Below are positions 25,782 through 35,561 of a stretch of DNA of 64,000 bases, one piece after another. Location of the stretch: contig CAYJDM010000002.1 in NCBI GenBank assembly GCA_964368945.1, positions 21,386-85,385 of the forward strand, written 5' to 3'. The position numbers were made by a program, and so were the translations under genes. The DNA is from an uncultured Candidatus Saccharibacteria bacterium (GTDB taxonomy: Bacteria > Patescibacteriota > Minisyncoccia > Phycocordibacterales > CAIZLB01). Below the pieces are notes generated by a model. That model was not told where the DNA came from. It searched no databases and saw nothing but the letters and a program-made list of their open reading frames with translations. How positions within the stretch are numbered: position 1 is the first letter of the stretch; each line of letters starts with the position of its first letter.

Positions 25782-27158
25782 CTATTGTGTCGGCGGCGTC
25801 TCGGTTCGGTTTGCCAATCTCAAGCCCCAGAGGCTCAGGTCTATCTTGTTCTGGAACATGAGATAGTCTTCGCTGGGATTGAGCATTGGATTGATAACAT
25901 CGAGCGGCTCATCCGCGAGGCTGCCGATAAGGGCGAAAAGCCTCGTCTCCGCAGTCTGTGCATTGACTCTCCAGATCGAATCATCGAATGAGATTCGGCC
26001 CTGGTACCAGACATCTGGATAATCGGTGATTGCAAGTTCGTTTGGCACTGCGCAATAAAGCATTTCTTTTTCCTTGGCAGACCATACGCATTTTTCAGGG
26101 AGCGTTCGGAGGAAAAGATTCGTGACTTGTCCCGTCTTTATATCCAGAGAGTAGAGGTTTGGTGATCCTTGCTCTGATTCGCTATAGAGCAGCTTTTCTC
26201 CGCTTGGAGACATAAGGGTTGTAAGTCCTTTGATATTGCCCAAGAGTTTTTGCATATTCTTGCTAGCTACATCTATCTTATAGGCGTATCCATCGACATT
26301 GGCAGAAGGCTTTGTCGTGATTACAAGCGTCTTTTCCGTAGGCCATTGAACGAGCCATTCCTTGATCGGAGAATCGAATGCTGTAATTTGGCTTGTGCCA
26401 TCCGTATTTGATATGACTCCTGATGGTGTGACTTTTTGTGCGTAAAATATCTTTGATTTGCTAGGAGATAGCGCGATGCTCGTAATATTTCCGGCCAGCT
26501 GCTGTATTGTCAATTCAGGCGAAGTCGATGTAGCGGACATTGATTTCAATATACCGTATCTTGTCCTGATGATATCTGTATCCTGTGCCAAATCTCGCAT
26601 CAAGACGCTCTCTTTCGATGGGAATAATGCCTCGTATATTTTCGGATATGTCGTATTCGAAATCTTGAGCGTATTCAATGTCGTAGAAGCGGTTTCGTAG
26701 ATATGTCCATTTCCGCGATCCATATATTGCATTGTTTCTACTCGCGCTATCAGATTTCTTTGCTCCGGTCGAATGACTCGGGTTGTTGTTGCTGATGTCG
26801 TTCCATTCGCTACGACGATCGTTTCGGTGAGCGGAGTCGTTGTTGCGTATATGTCTTTTGTGAAAAAACCCATTCCGGCCACTGGTGCGCCATAAATCTG
26901 CCGCAGGATTGGCATGCCAAATGGCACGACATCGGTAGGCTGAATAATAGGAGGCAGATCCTCTAGGGTTGTGCTGGCATTTCCAGACACTGATCCCGTT
27001 CCTGATGGATTTCCGAAACCGCTACCCGTTACGACTTCTCGGCCGAACGTATCAAGCTGTGCGCTCTTGCTATTGAGATAGAAATAAAAACCGAGGATTC
27101 CACCGGCCACAATGCAAAGAACGATAACGATGGTTGTGATGATTGTGGAACGCTTCAT
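25782..27158 (-). CDS. Membrane-anchored TolB-like beta-propeller (PD40 repeat) protein. It is the last gene of the T4SS-like operon.
   Basis: An N-terminal transmembrane helix is followed by a PD40-like repeat (SPSGEKLLYSESEQGSPNLYSLDIKTGQVTNL). Confidence 0.45.
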   Translation of the reverse strand: MKRSTIITTIVIVLCIVAGGILGFYFYLNSKSAQLDTFGREVVTGSGFGNPSGTGSVSGNASTTLEDLPPIIQPTDVVPFGMPILRQIYGAPVAGMGFFTKDIYATTTPLTETIVVANGTTSATTTRVIRPEQRNLIARVETMQYMDRGNGHIYETASTTLNTLKISNTTYPKIYEALFPSKESVLMRDLAQDTDIIRTRYGILKSMSATSTSPELTIQQLAGNITSIALSPSKSKIFYAQKVTPSGVISNTDGTSQITAFDSPIKEWLVQWPTEKTLVITTKPSANVDGYAYKIDVASKNMQKLLGNIKGLTTLMSPSGEKLLYSESEQGSPNLYSLDIKTGQVTNLFLRTLPEKCVWSAKEKEMLYCAVPNELAITDYPDVWYQGRISFDDSIWRVNAQTAETRLFALIGSLADEPLDVINPMLNPSEDYLMFQNKIDLSLWGLRLANRTETPPTQ

Positions 27159-27220
27159 GGTTTTTTCAAATGCTTCTAAATTCTAACACAAGATATTGAA
27201 TATGGCTTCGCCATGCAAGT

Positions 27221-28261
27221 CTAAGGGTTTCTCGTCTGTGCTCGAGGCGTTCCAAAGGTAAGATCCCATCCTGATGATGGTATTGTTTTGAAAAAATTAT
27301 TACCCCCATACACCTTATTGGGGTCGTATATATCTACGGTATTTACCGATCCTGGCCCAGTCGTATCCTCGTAATATCCAATCATATTTCCATTTACATA
27401 CACTGGCGCGCCTACGGTTGGCTTGTATTTGGATATCAAATCCGGAGAGAGGGCGACGGACCCTGCGGTCAGCAGGTTGTTGCTATTTCCTCTCCTTGCG
27501 ATCGTATTCCTATCAGGGGTGAGATCGTCACTATATCCATATGAAGATATATTAAGTCTGCCATCAGATCCTCGGGATCCATTCGAGATGGCTGAGATTA
27601 ATTCATTTTGCTGCAATGATCCGGTTGGCAGTGCTGTTCCTGACCCGCCAACCACCCCTCCTGTTCCAGGCGATCCGGGCACAATTCGTATTACCGGATT
27701 CACGCTGAACCCTATCCCCGGATCCGCATCGATGACTTTGGGCACGAAGTTCGCGCTGAGGAGGTTGACGTTTATCGTGGACAGGATGAGATATGAGAGC
27801 AGTGCTAAGGCCAATCCTGACAATGCGGCATTGATCTTCTTGCGGCCCCCGCCGTCAATCTTGCCGGACATGGCGTCCACCGTGGACATCTCTATGCCTC
27901 CCACAACGATCATTATGACAGCGAGTCCAGCGGCCACGGCGACGCCGAATATATAGAGATTCTTGACGTACTGCGTCGCCCCTTCCCCTCCCAGATCGAT
28001 ATCACCACCCGTCTTCTCTTTCGCATTGGCTGGCGTTATCCCGTCTATGGGCAATGGCGCGAGGAATACGAACTTGCAGGATGCTCCGGTGCAGCTAGGC
28101 GTATACGCGTCGGCGGTCTTTGGGATGAACGATATTGAGAAAATAAAAACCGATACAAGCCCTAGCCATGTCGCGAGAATGGTTTGCGCGAAAATTTTGG
28201 TTTTTCTTTTGGAAATATGACCAGCGCGTGATGAAATCATTTTGATTATAGTATAAACCAA
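27221..28261 (-). CDS. Membrane protein combining a conserved two-helix (pilin-like) N-terminal module with a C-terminal 3D-domain (MltA/YocH-type) cell-wall-binding/lytic domain
   Basis: The 3D-domain motif is ...LLTAGSVALSPDLISKYKPTVGAPVYVNGNMIGYYEDTTGPGSVNTVDIYD. Its N-terminal 138 aa are nearly identical to the paralog at 28305..29351. Confidence 0.6.
   Translation of the reverse strand: MVYTIIKMISSRAGHISKRKTKIFAQTILATWLGLVSVFIFSISFIPKTADAYTPSCTGASCKFVFLAPLPIDGITPANAKEKTGGDIDLGGEGATQYVKNLYIFGVAVAAGLAVIMIVVGGIEMSTVDAMSGKIDGGGRKKINAALSGLALALLSYLILSTINVNLLSANFVPKVIDADPGIGFSVNPVIRIVPGSPGTGGVVGGSGTALPTGSLQQNELISAISNGSRGSDGRLNISSYGYSDDLTPDRNTIARRGNSNNLLTAGSVALSPDLISKYKPTVGAPVYVNGNMIGYYEDTTGPGSVNTVDIYDPNKVYGGNNFFKTIPSSGWDLTFGTPRAQTRNP
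27867..28105. repeat. Copy 1 of a 239-bp near-identical direct repeat (236 of 239 nt match 28984..29222)
   Basis: Direct comparison of the two stretches shows flanking homology of only about 85%. That pattern indicates a gene-conversion tract. Confidence 0.85.
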
Positions 28262-28304
28262 AATTACCGAATCATTTAGTTTTTTTGTTTTTTGCCGCCC
28301 TAAT

Positions 28305-29351
28305 TTATCTTGGCCTGAATACGTATGTGCTCAATCCCTTGTTGCCGGAATAATAGTTTTGCCATGAATCCAAAGAGAATTTGTCATCAACTTGCTGTTC
28401 TGAGCTGCTATTTGATATTATCTTGCCGCTTGTCGTGAATATTCCCACATGACCCGTATTCGATCCTTGAGTCGGAGAGATTACGATATCGCCAGGCTTA
28501 GCCTGTGTGGCATTGCTCGCGACCAGATAGAATCTATCGCTTCCGCTGAGCTCTGCATACATATCGGAGGTGCTTTTTCCATAATTGGCATTGCTTCCGG
28601 TTATCGGTTTGCCCAAGGCGTCAAATACAATGGCATTAACGGCATATGCGCATGCCAACCTTCCGCCGTTGGTTCCTGATATATTACATGTAGAAACGCC
28701 GAGTTTGCCCAAGGCGGCATCATTCAATCTCTGTGCCGCCGTTCCGTCTGATACATATCCTTGTCCCCCCATCCCTGATGCGATTGGCTGTCCTGGTCGA
28801 ACCGTGATAGTTGGATTCACGCTGAATCCGATATTCGGATCCGCATCGATGACCTTCGGCACGAAGTTCGCGCTGAGGAGATTGACGTTGACTGTCGAGA
28901 GGATCAGATATGACAAAAGGGCGAGCGCCAATCCTGAAAGCGCCGCATTGATCTTCTTCCTCCCGCCCCCATCTATTTTCCCCGACATGGCGTCCACCGT
29001 GGACATCTCTATGCCTCCGACGACTATCATTATGACAGCGAGTCCAGCGGCCACGGCGACGCCGAATATATAGAGATTCTTGACGTACTGCGTCGCCCCT
29101 TCCCCTCCCAGATCGATATCACCACCCGTCTTCTCTTTCGCATTGGCTGGCGTTATCCCGTCTATGGGCAATGGCGCGAGGAATACGAACTTGCAGGATG
29201 CTCCGGTGCAGCTAGGCGTATAGGCCTCTACTCGCTTAGGAGAAAAGACAGACAATGCAAAAAGAGACGATATTGTCAGAATCATCATTCCGAACATTGC
29301 ACCCTGCCCGATCTTTATCAGCTTTTTAAATGATGTTCTCGACATTGGCAT
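28305..29351 (-). CDS. Membrane protein combining the same conserved two-helix N-terminal module with a C-terminal CHAP-domain peptidoglycan hydrolase
   Basis: The CHAP-like Cys...His pattern is CAYAVNAIVFDALGKP...PGDIVISPTQGSNTGHVGIF. The N-terminal module (AYTPSCTGASCKFVFLAPLPIDG...LYIFGVAVAAGLAVIMIVVGGIEM...INAALSGLALALLSYLILST) is shared with 27221..28261. Confidence 0.6.
   Translation of the reverse strand: MPMSRTSFKKLIKIGQGAMFGMMILTISSLFALSVFSPKRVEAYTPSCTGASCKFVFLAPLPIDGITPANAKEKTGGDIDLGGEGATQYVKNLYIFGVAVAAGLAVIMIVVGGIEMSTVDAMSGKIDGGGRKKINAALSGLALALLSYLILSTVNVNLLSANFVPKVIDADPNIGFSVNPTITVRPGQPIASGMGGQGYVSDGTAAQRLNDAALGKLGVSTCNISGTNGGRLACAYAVNAIVFDALGKPITGSNANYGKSTSDMYAELSGSDRFYLVASNATQAKPGDIVISPTQGSNTGHVGIFTTSGKIISNSSSEQQVDDKFSLDSWQNYYSGNKGLSTYVFRPR
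28984..29222. repeat. Copy 2 of the 239-bp near-identical direct repeat
   Basis: See copy 1. Confidence 0.85.
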
Positions 29352-29373
29352 TTTTTCTATGAATCAGTCGCCC

Positions 29374-30504
29374 TTATAAAGCAGGCGTACTCGGTGTGGT
29401 ATCAAAGTCTATGACAAGCCCTGTAGCCGTCGACTGAAGAATCTTATTTAAATTATCAAGCTGAACCCTGACCGCGCTTCTGCCGATATCAGAATCGGAA
29501 TTCTTTCGAAGGGTAATGGTATTCTGGTTGGCAGGTATATCCACCCCATAAGTATCCACATCCCATGAATATGTAGGTCCAGAGTTTTTATTCAAAACAG
29601 ACTGGAAATATGGATATGCCGAGAGTCCGAGCTCGCTCTTCTTTGCCGTGATTGATCCTTCGAGAGAGCGGTTGAAAAGCAATCCATAAAGCGGATGATT
29701 TTCATAAAACAATGCTATTGGAAAATCATTCTCCACCGTCATATCAGCAACCGCTGCCGCCTTTCCGCTATTTGCTTCATATGTATCGACGCTTACATCC
29801 ACCGGCTGAACGATAATTGGTCCATTATACGTATATGAATTTCTGCCGAATCCTGAATTTTCGGCATCGGCTTCGTAATCGATTTTCCAATTGAATACGA
29901 TGTTTTTTGGATTGATTACGCCGCTCGATGTTCGTGGCATCGCTACGAAAATAAGGCTAGCTTCAGGCGTATAAAGGGCTTTACCTTTATAAAAAGGAGG
30001 GACATATACATTCGACTGCCATAAGAGATCCACATCGCCAGTAGCGAAGGTGAATTTCTGAGAAATGCTAGGCCTGTCTGACGGAGCAACGGTCAGGTCA
30101 ACCACATTGGTCTGTCCAGCCAACCCTGCCTGAAATACGAACTTTTTTGCACCAAGGTCTTGCTGTATGACCTTGCCATTCACCTTCCATGTAATCAGAG
30201 CCGAATTGATGTCGAAGCTATAGGCATTGACGGTGATCGTCGTCTGCTCTCCTGGCTTTGGAATTTCCGGCGTCACCGTCGTATCGAGCTGATCCTTGAA
30301 TTCAGGATATTGAGCAGTCGCTGGAGGAGCATACCCTTCGCTTCCGTCTCCGGAGCCATTGAGATAATTATCTGCCTGCGCATCGCCGCTCTGAGCGCGT
30401 GCGAATTGTCCGCCTACGATGAATGCAAGAGCGAAAACCAATGCCCCGTTCAAAATGAGCAGCGAGATCTTTCTTCGGTGATGTCGATTGTGCTTACTTC
30501 GCAT
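29374..30504 (-). CDS. Membrane-anchored extracellular beta-rich protein of the T4SS-like operon, with no recognised family
   Basis: An N-terminal transmembrane helix (LLILNGALVFALAFIVGG) is followed by a 340-aa Thr/Val/Asn-rich ectodomain. Confidence 0.45.
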   Translation of the reverse strand: MRSKHNRHHRRKISLLILNGALVFALAFIVGGQFARAQSGDAQADNYLNGSGDGSEGYAPPATAQYPEFKDQLDTTVTPEIPKPGEQTTITVNAYSFDINSALITWKVNGKVIQQDLGAKKFVFQAGLAGQTNVVDLTVAPSDRPSISQKFTFATGDVDLLWQSNVYVPPFYKGKALYTPEASLIFVAMPRTSSGVINPKNIVFNWKIDYEADAENSGFGRNSYTYNGPIIVQPVDVSVDTYEANSGKAAAVADMTVENDFPIALFYENHPLYGLLFNRSLEGSITAKKSELGLSAYPYFQSVLNKNSGPTYSWDVDTYGVDIPANQNTITLRKNSDSDIGRSAVRVQLDNLNKILQSTATGLVIDFDTTPSTPAL

Positions 30505-30589
30505 GGCGAGTTTTTTCTAGTATAGCACTTTTTTGTTTCGGCTATCTGCATATAAGCGGAAAAGTCGTCTTTATTCGCGGCCTGCGGCT

Positions 30590-31177
30590 TTAATTTAGAT
30601 TTTTTGAAATGAATTCATCTGCCGATTCCGCAATCTGGGCGGATATGACCGCCAATGTGAATCCTGGCAAGGCATTGATTATAGGAAGGAATTCTATGAT
30701 TACGCATATGCCTACAATCACCACCGTCTTTTTATTAATGGACTTGCCTGAAAGGAATTTGAAACCGCCCAAAAGCAGCCATCCCAGCGGAGCGATGATC
30801 AAGCTCGATAAAAAGCCACCCAGGCCTGGCAATATCTGAATGACAAGGCTTGCGAAATCCAGACAGATGGCCGCACATAGCGCTGAAAGGAAGATCGAAA
30901 TGGCCCAAATCTTCTTGGCAGCGCCTTTTTGGAAGTCTGATTCGCCTCCTCCGTTGAGCTTGCTGAAGCCGGCCATATCATTCTGCATTCTATTGTATCG
31001 AGGGCTTCTTGGTGAGGGTTTTCGCGGCGCAGAAACCGTCGTCGTCTGCGTTTCGATCTCTTGTTCTGCCTCGCTTTCATCAGAAACAGCCTCATTCTCA
31101 CCTCTCGGCTTGGAATTGAGGGGCCTCATCGTTATCGGTGCCTGTGCTGGATATTGGGTATTTCTATTGTCGACCAT
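30590..31177 (-). CDS. Small polytopic membrane protein of the T4SS-like operon, encoded directly downstream of virB4
   Basis: A charged N-terminal region is followed by three to four hydrophobic helices (IWAISIFLSALCAAICL..., LIIAPLGWLLLGGF..., VVIVGICVIIEFLPII...). Confidence 0.4.
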   Translation of the reverse strand: MVDNRNTQYPAQAPITMRPLNSKPRGENEAVSDESEAEQEIETQTTTVSAPRKPSPRSPRYNRMQNDMAGFSKLNGGGESDFQKGAAKKIWAISIFLSALCAAICLDFASLVIQILPGLGGFLSSLIIAPLGWLLLGGFKFLSGKSINKKTVVIVGICVIIEFLPIINALPGFTLAVISAQIAESADEFISKNLN

Positions 31178-31226
31178 ATAATAAGGCTATAAATAAGGAT
31201 AAAAAACAGATCCTGCCCTAACCAGG

Positions 31227-33248
31227 CTACTGATTGAGCAAAGACCCCATATTGCGATTCGCATTCTCTGTATCGCCTGCTTCCATGCGAGGCTGGCCAT
31301 TTGGAGTCTGTTCCTGGGCAGCATGCTGCTTTTCAGCCATTGCGGCATCGTGAATCTCCTGCCCTACGCTCATGACATCCCCTGCTAGGCCTCGAGATTT
31401 AAGATCTTCCTTGGCTTTTCGGATGGCGAGAACCTGAGAAGGGTTCGAAGTGATGATCTGATCCTCCGTATATGAGGCGATAATCTTGATTGCCACGTGT
31501 TTTAGCCCTGCAAAGAAGATTCCTTCACCTACATCAGACTCGAGAAGAAGGTATTTTTCCTCATCTGTAAGGTTGAAGGTCTTCTGGACGACATCAATCG
31601 ATGAAGGAGACTGCTTGAGGAGAACCTGGATAGAAGAGTTGGTGATGATCGGCAAACCGTACGGAGATCGGAGGAAGTCCTCGACATCCTGAGTGATGGT
31701 AGATAATCCGAGATAGTATTTTCGTCCTCGTTTCGCCAAACCATATAGGAATGAAGCCGTATCTTCGGATTTCATCATCCACCATGCCTCGTCTATTACA
31801 AGGAGCCGCTTCTTGAGGGTCTTGCGAACGGTATTCCAAATGAAGTTCATCACGATATACATTGCTACTGGCTTCAATTCGTCTTCCATATTGAGGAGCG
31901 AGAATACGACGAACTTCTTATTGATATCGATATTGGTAGGTCGGTTGATAAAACCCGCCCATGTTCCCTTCGTATATTTCGTCAATCGAGCCACGAGAGA
32001 CTCGCCTCCTTCCATTCCGGCCAATACGAGCTCGAAGTCGGACATCAGAGGTGGCTCTACTTCGGCAAAATTTGACTCTGGCGTGATGTCTTTGAGCGCA
32101 TACGTCTCAGTGATCGCTCGATCGATAATAGAGTCCTCTTCGGGCGTTAAACCGCCAAGCATGATGCGGAACAATCCTACCAGGTTCACGATATTGGATC
32201 GCAAAACATCCGCGCCGGATTCATCCTCTCTCGCGATAGGCAAATCGAATGGATTGATATGGTGTTCTGAAGTCAAAGAGATATTGAAATATCGTCCGCC
32301 AGTAGCCTCAGCCATATATTCATATTCGCGCTCTGGGTCGAGAACGATTACGTCTGTATCGAACATGAGGGTTCGGAGGATTTCGAGCTTCGTAGAGTAT
32401 GACTTTCCTGATCCGGCCTTGGCGAATGTCACGGAGTTATAGTTTTCGAGGCTGAACCGATCAAACAAAATAAGGCTAGAATTATGGCGATTTATGCCAT
32501 AGAGGATTCCTTTGTCCGATGTGAGGTCGAATGAGATAAAAGGGAAAACGCTCGAAAGCGGCGAAGAATTGAGCTTCGAATGCACCGAGAGCTGATCGTC
32601 TGCGATCGGAAGCACGCTTTTGAACCCCTGCTCCTGCTGGAAGAGGGCTGGCTTGAGGTATACGAGGCTCGATTCGAGCATTGATTTGATTTCAGACTCG
32701 ATCTTGTCCAATTCGGAATCAGAATCCCCATAGATCGAGATATAGAGCCCTACATCGAAGATTTTCTCCTGTGCCTGCTGCAGCTGATCTCGCAATCCTT
32801 CGAGGTCCTGGTATGCGGTATCGAGCATCGGATCTCGAACGAGGCCTTTTTCCTCTCGCAAATGGATTTGGCTCTGTACTTCGGCCACTTTCTTCTGGAA
32901 TGTTCGCAAAACCGAAGCCGTATCGATCGGATGGATGAAGATTGAGATATCGAAGATCTTGTCGAGGTTGATTACCGGCGCGAACCAGCTCTCAGAGAGG
33001 AATCGCGGATAAGATATTACGAAAAATGTTCGGACAATCTTGTCCCCAAGGTTGAGCGCTCGCGGGCTTATTTTGAGCGCTGAAGGCGCGATTACATCCT
33101 GAAGCTCGAGTACGCCGGCCTGATAGATTTCCTTCGGCAAAATCGAAGTAATCTGCGGATTATCGGCAAAATCGCCAAGCGGATTGGACATGCCGGCACC
33201 GTTTTTGCCGCCAGCATTCTTTTTTCCTAAAAAATCAAGTAGTCCCAT
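31227..33248 (-). CDS. virB4: Type IV secretion system ATPase VirB4/TrbE/PrgJ family
   Basis: Walker A FAKAGSGKS and Walker B RLLVIDEAWWMM are present. An N-terminal VirB4 membrane-associated domain and the conserved C-terminal block follow. Confidence 0.9.
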   Translation of the reverse strand: MGLLDFLGKKNAGGKNGAGMSNPLGDFADNPQITSILPKEIYQAGVLELQDVIAPSALKISPRALNLGDKIVRTFFVISYPRFLSESWFAPVINLDKIFDISIFIHPIDTASVLRTFQKKVAEVQSQIHLREEKGLVRDPMLDTAYQDLEGLRDQLQQAQEKIFDVGLYISIYGDSDSELDKIESEIKSMLESSLVYLKPALFQQEQGFKSVLPIADDQLSVHSKLNSSPLSSVFPFISFDLTSDKGILYGINRHNSSLILFDRFSLENYNSVTFAKAGSGKSYSTKLEILRTLMFDTDVIVLDPEREYEYMAEATGGRYFNISLTSEHHINPFDLPIAREDESGADVLRSNIVNLVGLFRIMLGGLTPEEDSIIDRAITETYALKDITPESNFAEVEPPLMSDFELVLAGMEGGESLVARLTKYTKGTWAGFINRPTNIDINKKFVVFSLLNMEDELKPVAMYIVMNFIWNTVRKTLKKRLLVIDEAWWMMKSEDTASFLYGLAKRGRKYYLGLSTITQDVEDFLRSPYGLPIITNSSIQVLLKQSPSSIDVVQKTFNLTDEEKYLLLESDVGEGIFFAGLKHVAIKIIASYTEDQIITSNPSQVLAIRKAKEDLKSRGLAGDVMSVGQEIHDAAMAEKQHAAQEQTPNGQPRMEAGDTENANRNMGSLLNQ

Positions 33249-33307
33249 AAAGTATGCGTATAGTATAGCGTATTTATTTTCATCGCGCTGATTTTTTGCA
33301 GAAATAA

Positions 33308-33338
33308 AAAGGACCGGTCGTTGAACCGGTCCTTTTGA
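33308..33338. terminator. Hairpin terminator inside the T4SS-like operon, immediately upstream of the virB4 promoter
   Basis: The hairpin aaaaggaccggtcgttgaaccggtccttttg is followed on the minus strand by ttttt and a TATACT -10 before virB4. Confidence 0.55.
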
Positions 33339-33758
33339 CGATTGAATACGGAGATGAATTGGTGTATCTCAGGCGAACGCCACTCGCTCAGGAGGCATGA
33401 GAGGCGAGATGACGGCTGCAAAGCCGGTCTCCGAACTGCAAATGACGTGTCCATCGAAAGAAAACTGGCGGAGATTTCTATTTTGCAAACCGTCGTCAAC
33501 GCTGTTCGTGAAGCCTTGCTTGGCCAGCCAGTCATTTGCATCGAACGCGTTTACGAAAGGGATTTGTACCGACATTGTGGGCTGTGAAGCATTCGGTCCT
33601 ATCCTGGTGATTGTTACGCTAAATATGTACATAGGTGGTGAGCGGGGTGCGCGGTTTTCTTGGGACTGCCAAGTCAGGTGCTTTTGCATGGACATAAAAC
33701 ACCATCGAAGCGATGGTGTCAATGATGTCCGGCTATTGGATTTCTTGTGCTGGCAAGC

Positions 33759-34406
33759 CTAGAAAAGCTGAATCGGCTTGTCCACATCGCCTGGATTGAA
33801 GATCTTGTAGAACAATTCGATCAATTCCTCGGTTCCGAGCGCTGCGATTCGCACTCCGCATCGCACAAGTCCTTGCTCAACTACCTCTACGCGCTGCTGC
33901 AGCTGGCTGCGCTTTTCTTCGAAGTCGCTATCTGCCTCGAGCTTCTTATCGCTCGCGGATTTTTTGGCAAAAAAGCCCGTCACATTCTTCGCAGAAGGCA
34001 GGCTGAGCTGAGAATACGGCACGACGATAAAGAAGCTTTTCGTCATGATATTCGTAGACTGGGTAAAGCTCTGGATGAATTCGATATATTCGCGAGTCTG
34101 CATCTTCATCAAATCCCCCACCTGGTCCTTGAGCCTTTCCTCAAGGAGGCTTATATATGGCCGTATATCGAGCCTTCGAGACTGCGAATAGATCTGAATG
34201 GAGAAGTTGAGCGAGTTCAGAAAGTTCTGAAACTGGAACAAAACCGATTGCTGCTCCTCAGAGGATTTGAGGGCGAAGTTGATTGATGAGGCCAAAAGAA
34301 CTGCGCGCATAGAGCCATCGCGCATGATGGCGATTCCCTCTCGGATTTCCTTGATTGGAACGAATTCCTGTGTAGCTTTGGCTTGAGCGCTTGTTTTGGT
34401 TGCCAT
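33759..34406 (-). CDS. Hypothetical soluble protein of the T4SS-like operon
   Basis: A 215-aa ORF starts ...VPIKEIREGIAIMRDGSMRAVLLASSINFALKSSEEQ. Its N-terminal motif is reminiscent of the N-termini of Gram-positive conjugation ATPases, but VirB4 downstream is complete on its own. Confidence 0.4.
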   Translation of the reverse strand: MATKTSAQAKATQEFVPIKEIREGIAIMRDGSMRAVLLASSINFALKSSEEQQSVLFQFQNFLNSLNFSIQIYSQSRRLDIRPYISLLEERLKDQVGDLMKMQTREYIEFIQSFTQSTNIMTKSFFIVVPYSQLSLPSAKNVTGFFAKKSASDKKLEADSDFEEKRSQLQQRVEVVEQGLVRCGVRIAALGTEELIELFYKIFNPGDVDKPIQLF

Positions 34407-34571
34407 TACAAGTTGAATTGTATCACAAAATAAAATGACTCACGGATATGAATCTGGTCCTCGCACTAACTTTCAGTCTCCTGACGGAAACGAAAGTTAG
34501 GCTGCGGAGGATTCACACCCATGAGTCATTTTATTTTGTGATATCAATCCAAACTTGATCATGATCTGCGA

Positions 34572-35033
34572 CTATTCGCGTAGGCCGAATGATTCGCGGG
34601 TCGATAGTTTTTTGGCATCCTTTGAGAAAATGGTCTCATTGATATCCAGGCTCCATGCCAGATCCTTGAGCTTGCTGTCTGATACCCGCGGCACATGCGT
34701 CGTTCGGTATTCAGGTGAACCGACTTCGGGCGCTTTTGCCTTTGGAATGGCTTTATCGCGCTTTTTCCAGATATACAATCTGCTACCAGCGAAGAATCTG
34801 ATCGCTGATTCGAGCACATTGATGAGAGGGCGATTATTTACCTTATAAAAAGCCAAAGATAGCGAGACGATAGCCGCAAAGATCATAAGCGGAATGCCGA
34901 TGATGCCAGGCAGAAGCTTGTATGCGATAAAGCAGACGCCAGCGCCTCCTAAGAGGTATGCGAATTGGCGAAATGTGAACGGCCCGAATATTTTATCCTC
35001 TACTTCGATGAATTGAGGAACTTGATATCTCAT
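34572..35033 (-). CDS. PrgI/VirB3-like small membrane protein
   Basis: QFIEVEDKIFGPFTFRQFAYLLGGAGVCFIAYKLLPG... resembles the PrgI-family pattern (EDKIxG..T.RQ plus two transmembrane helices). It is encoded upstream of virB4. Confidence 0.45.
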   Translation of the reverse strand: MRYQVPQFIEVEDKIFGPFTFRQFAYLLGGAGVCFIAYKLLPGIIGIPLMIFAAIVSLSLAFYKVNNRPLINVLESAIRFFAGSRLYIWKKRDKAIPKAKAPEVGSPEYRTTHVPRVSDSKLKDLAWSLDINETIFSKDAKKLSTRESFGLRE

Positions 35034-35171
35034 ATGGGATTAGTATAACACGATGAAATTCTGAAGCAGCTTTTTGATGAACGGCGCACAACTGTTAGTA
35101 AAAAATAAAGACTATTGTTAGGGCTAAGATCATCAAAAGACCTCCTGTCGGTTTTTAAATGAATGCAAAAA

Positions 35172-35546
35172 TCAAGAATCCAATATATCGTCGGCTTCGA
35201 TATCGTTTCTCTTGCCGTCTGCCGTTCTTTCGGATGTCTGCTGCGCTTTGATCGCTTCGCGGATTGGAAGAAGGACGATGCCATTCACATCGATTGCAAG
35301 CTCGCTGACCTTATCCTTTGGCATATGGAGCTCGCTCTCCAATTTGTGGATCATCTGATCGGAGTGAATGTCTCCGAAGATGATATCTGCGATTGTTTTT
35401 TCCAGAATAAAAGCCTGATCGATATGGAGCTTATGCTTCTCCGTGATGCCCGCCATTTTTTTATCATAATCAAAATTCCTGATCGCTTCCTGAAAGAGCG
35501 GCGGCAATTTGATAAAACGATCGGCGGCCTGTTCTAGTGAATTCAT
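35172..35546 (-). CDS. Hypothetical protein of the T4SS-like operon
   Basis: This is a 124-aa ORF with no family signal. Confidence 0.35.
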   Translation of the reverse strand: MNSLEQAADRFIKLPPLFQEAIRNFDYDKKMAGITEKHKLHIDQAFILEKTIADIIFGDIHSDQMIHKLESELHMPKDKVSELAIDVNGIVLLPIREAIKAQQTSERTADGKRNDIEADDILDS

Positions 35547-35561
35547 GCGCCTATAATAGCA

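Noticed and set aside
33759-34406. A split or pseudogenised VirB4, with an N-terminal domain ORF separated from the ATPase ORF
   Set aside because: The downstream 673-aa VirB4 already carries its own N-terminal domain and both Walker motifs. The 215-aa ORF is therefore a separate gene.
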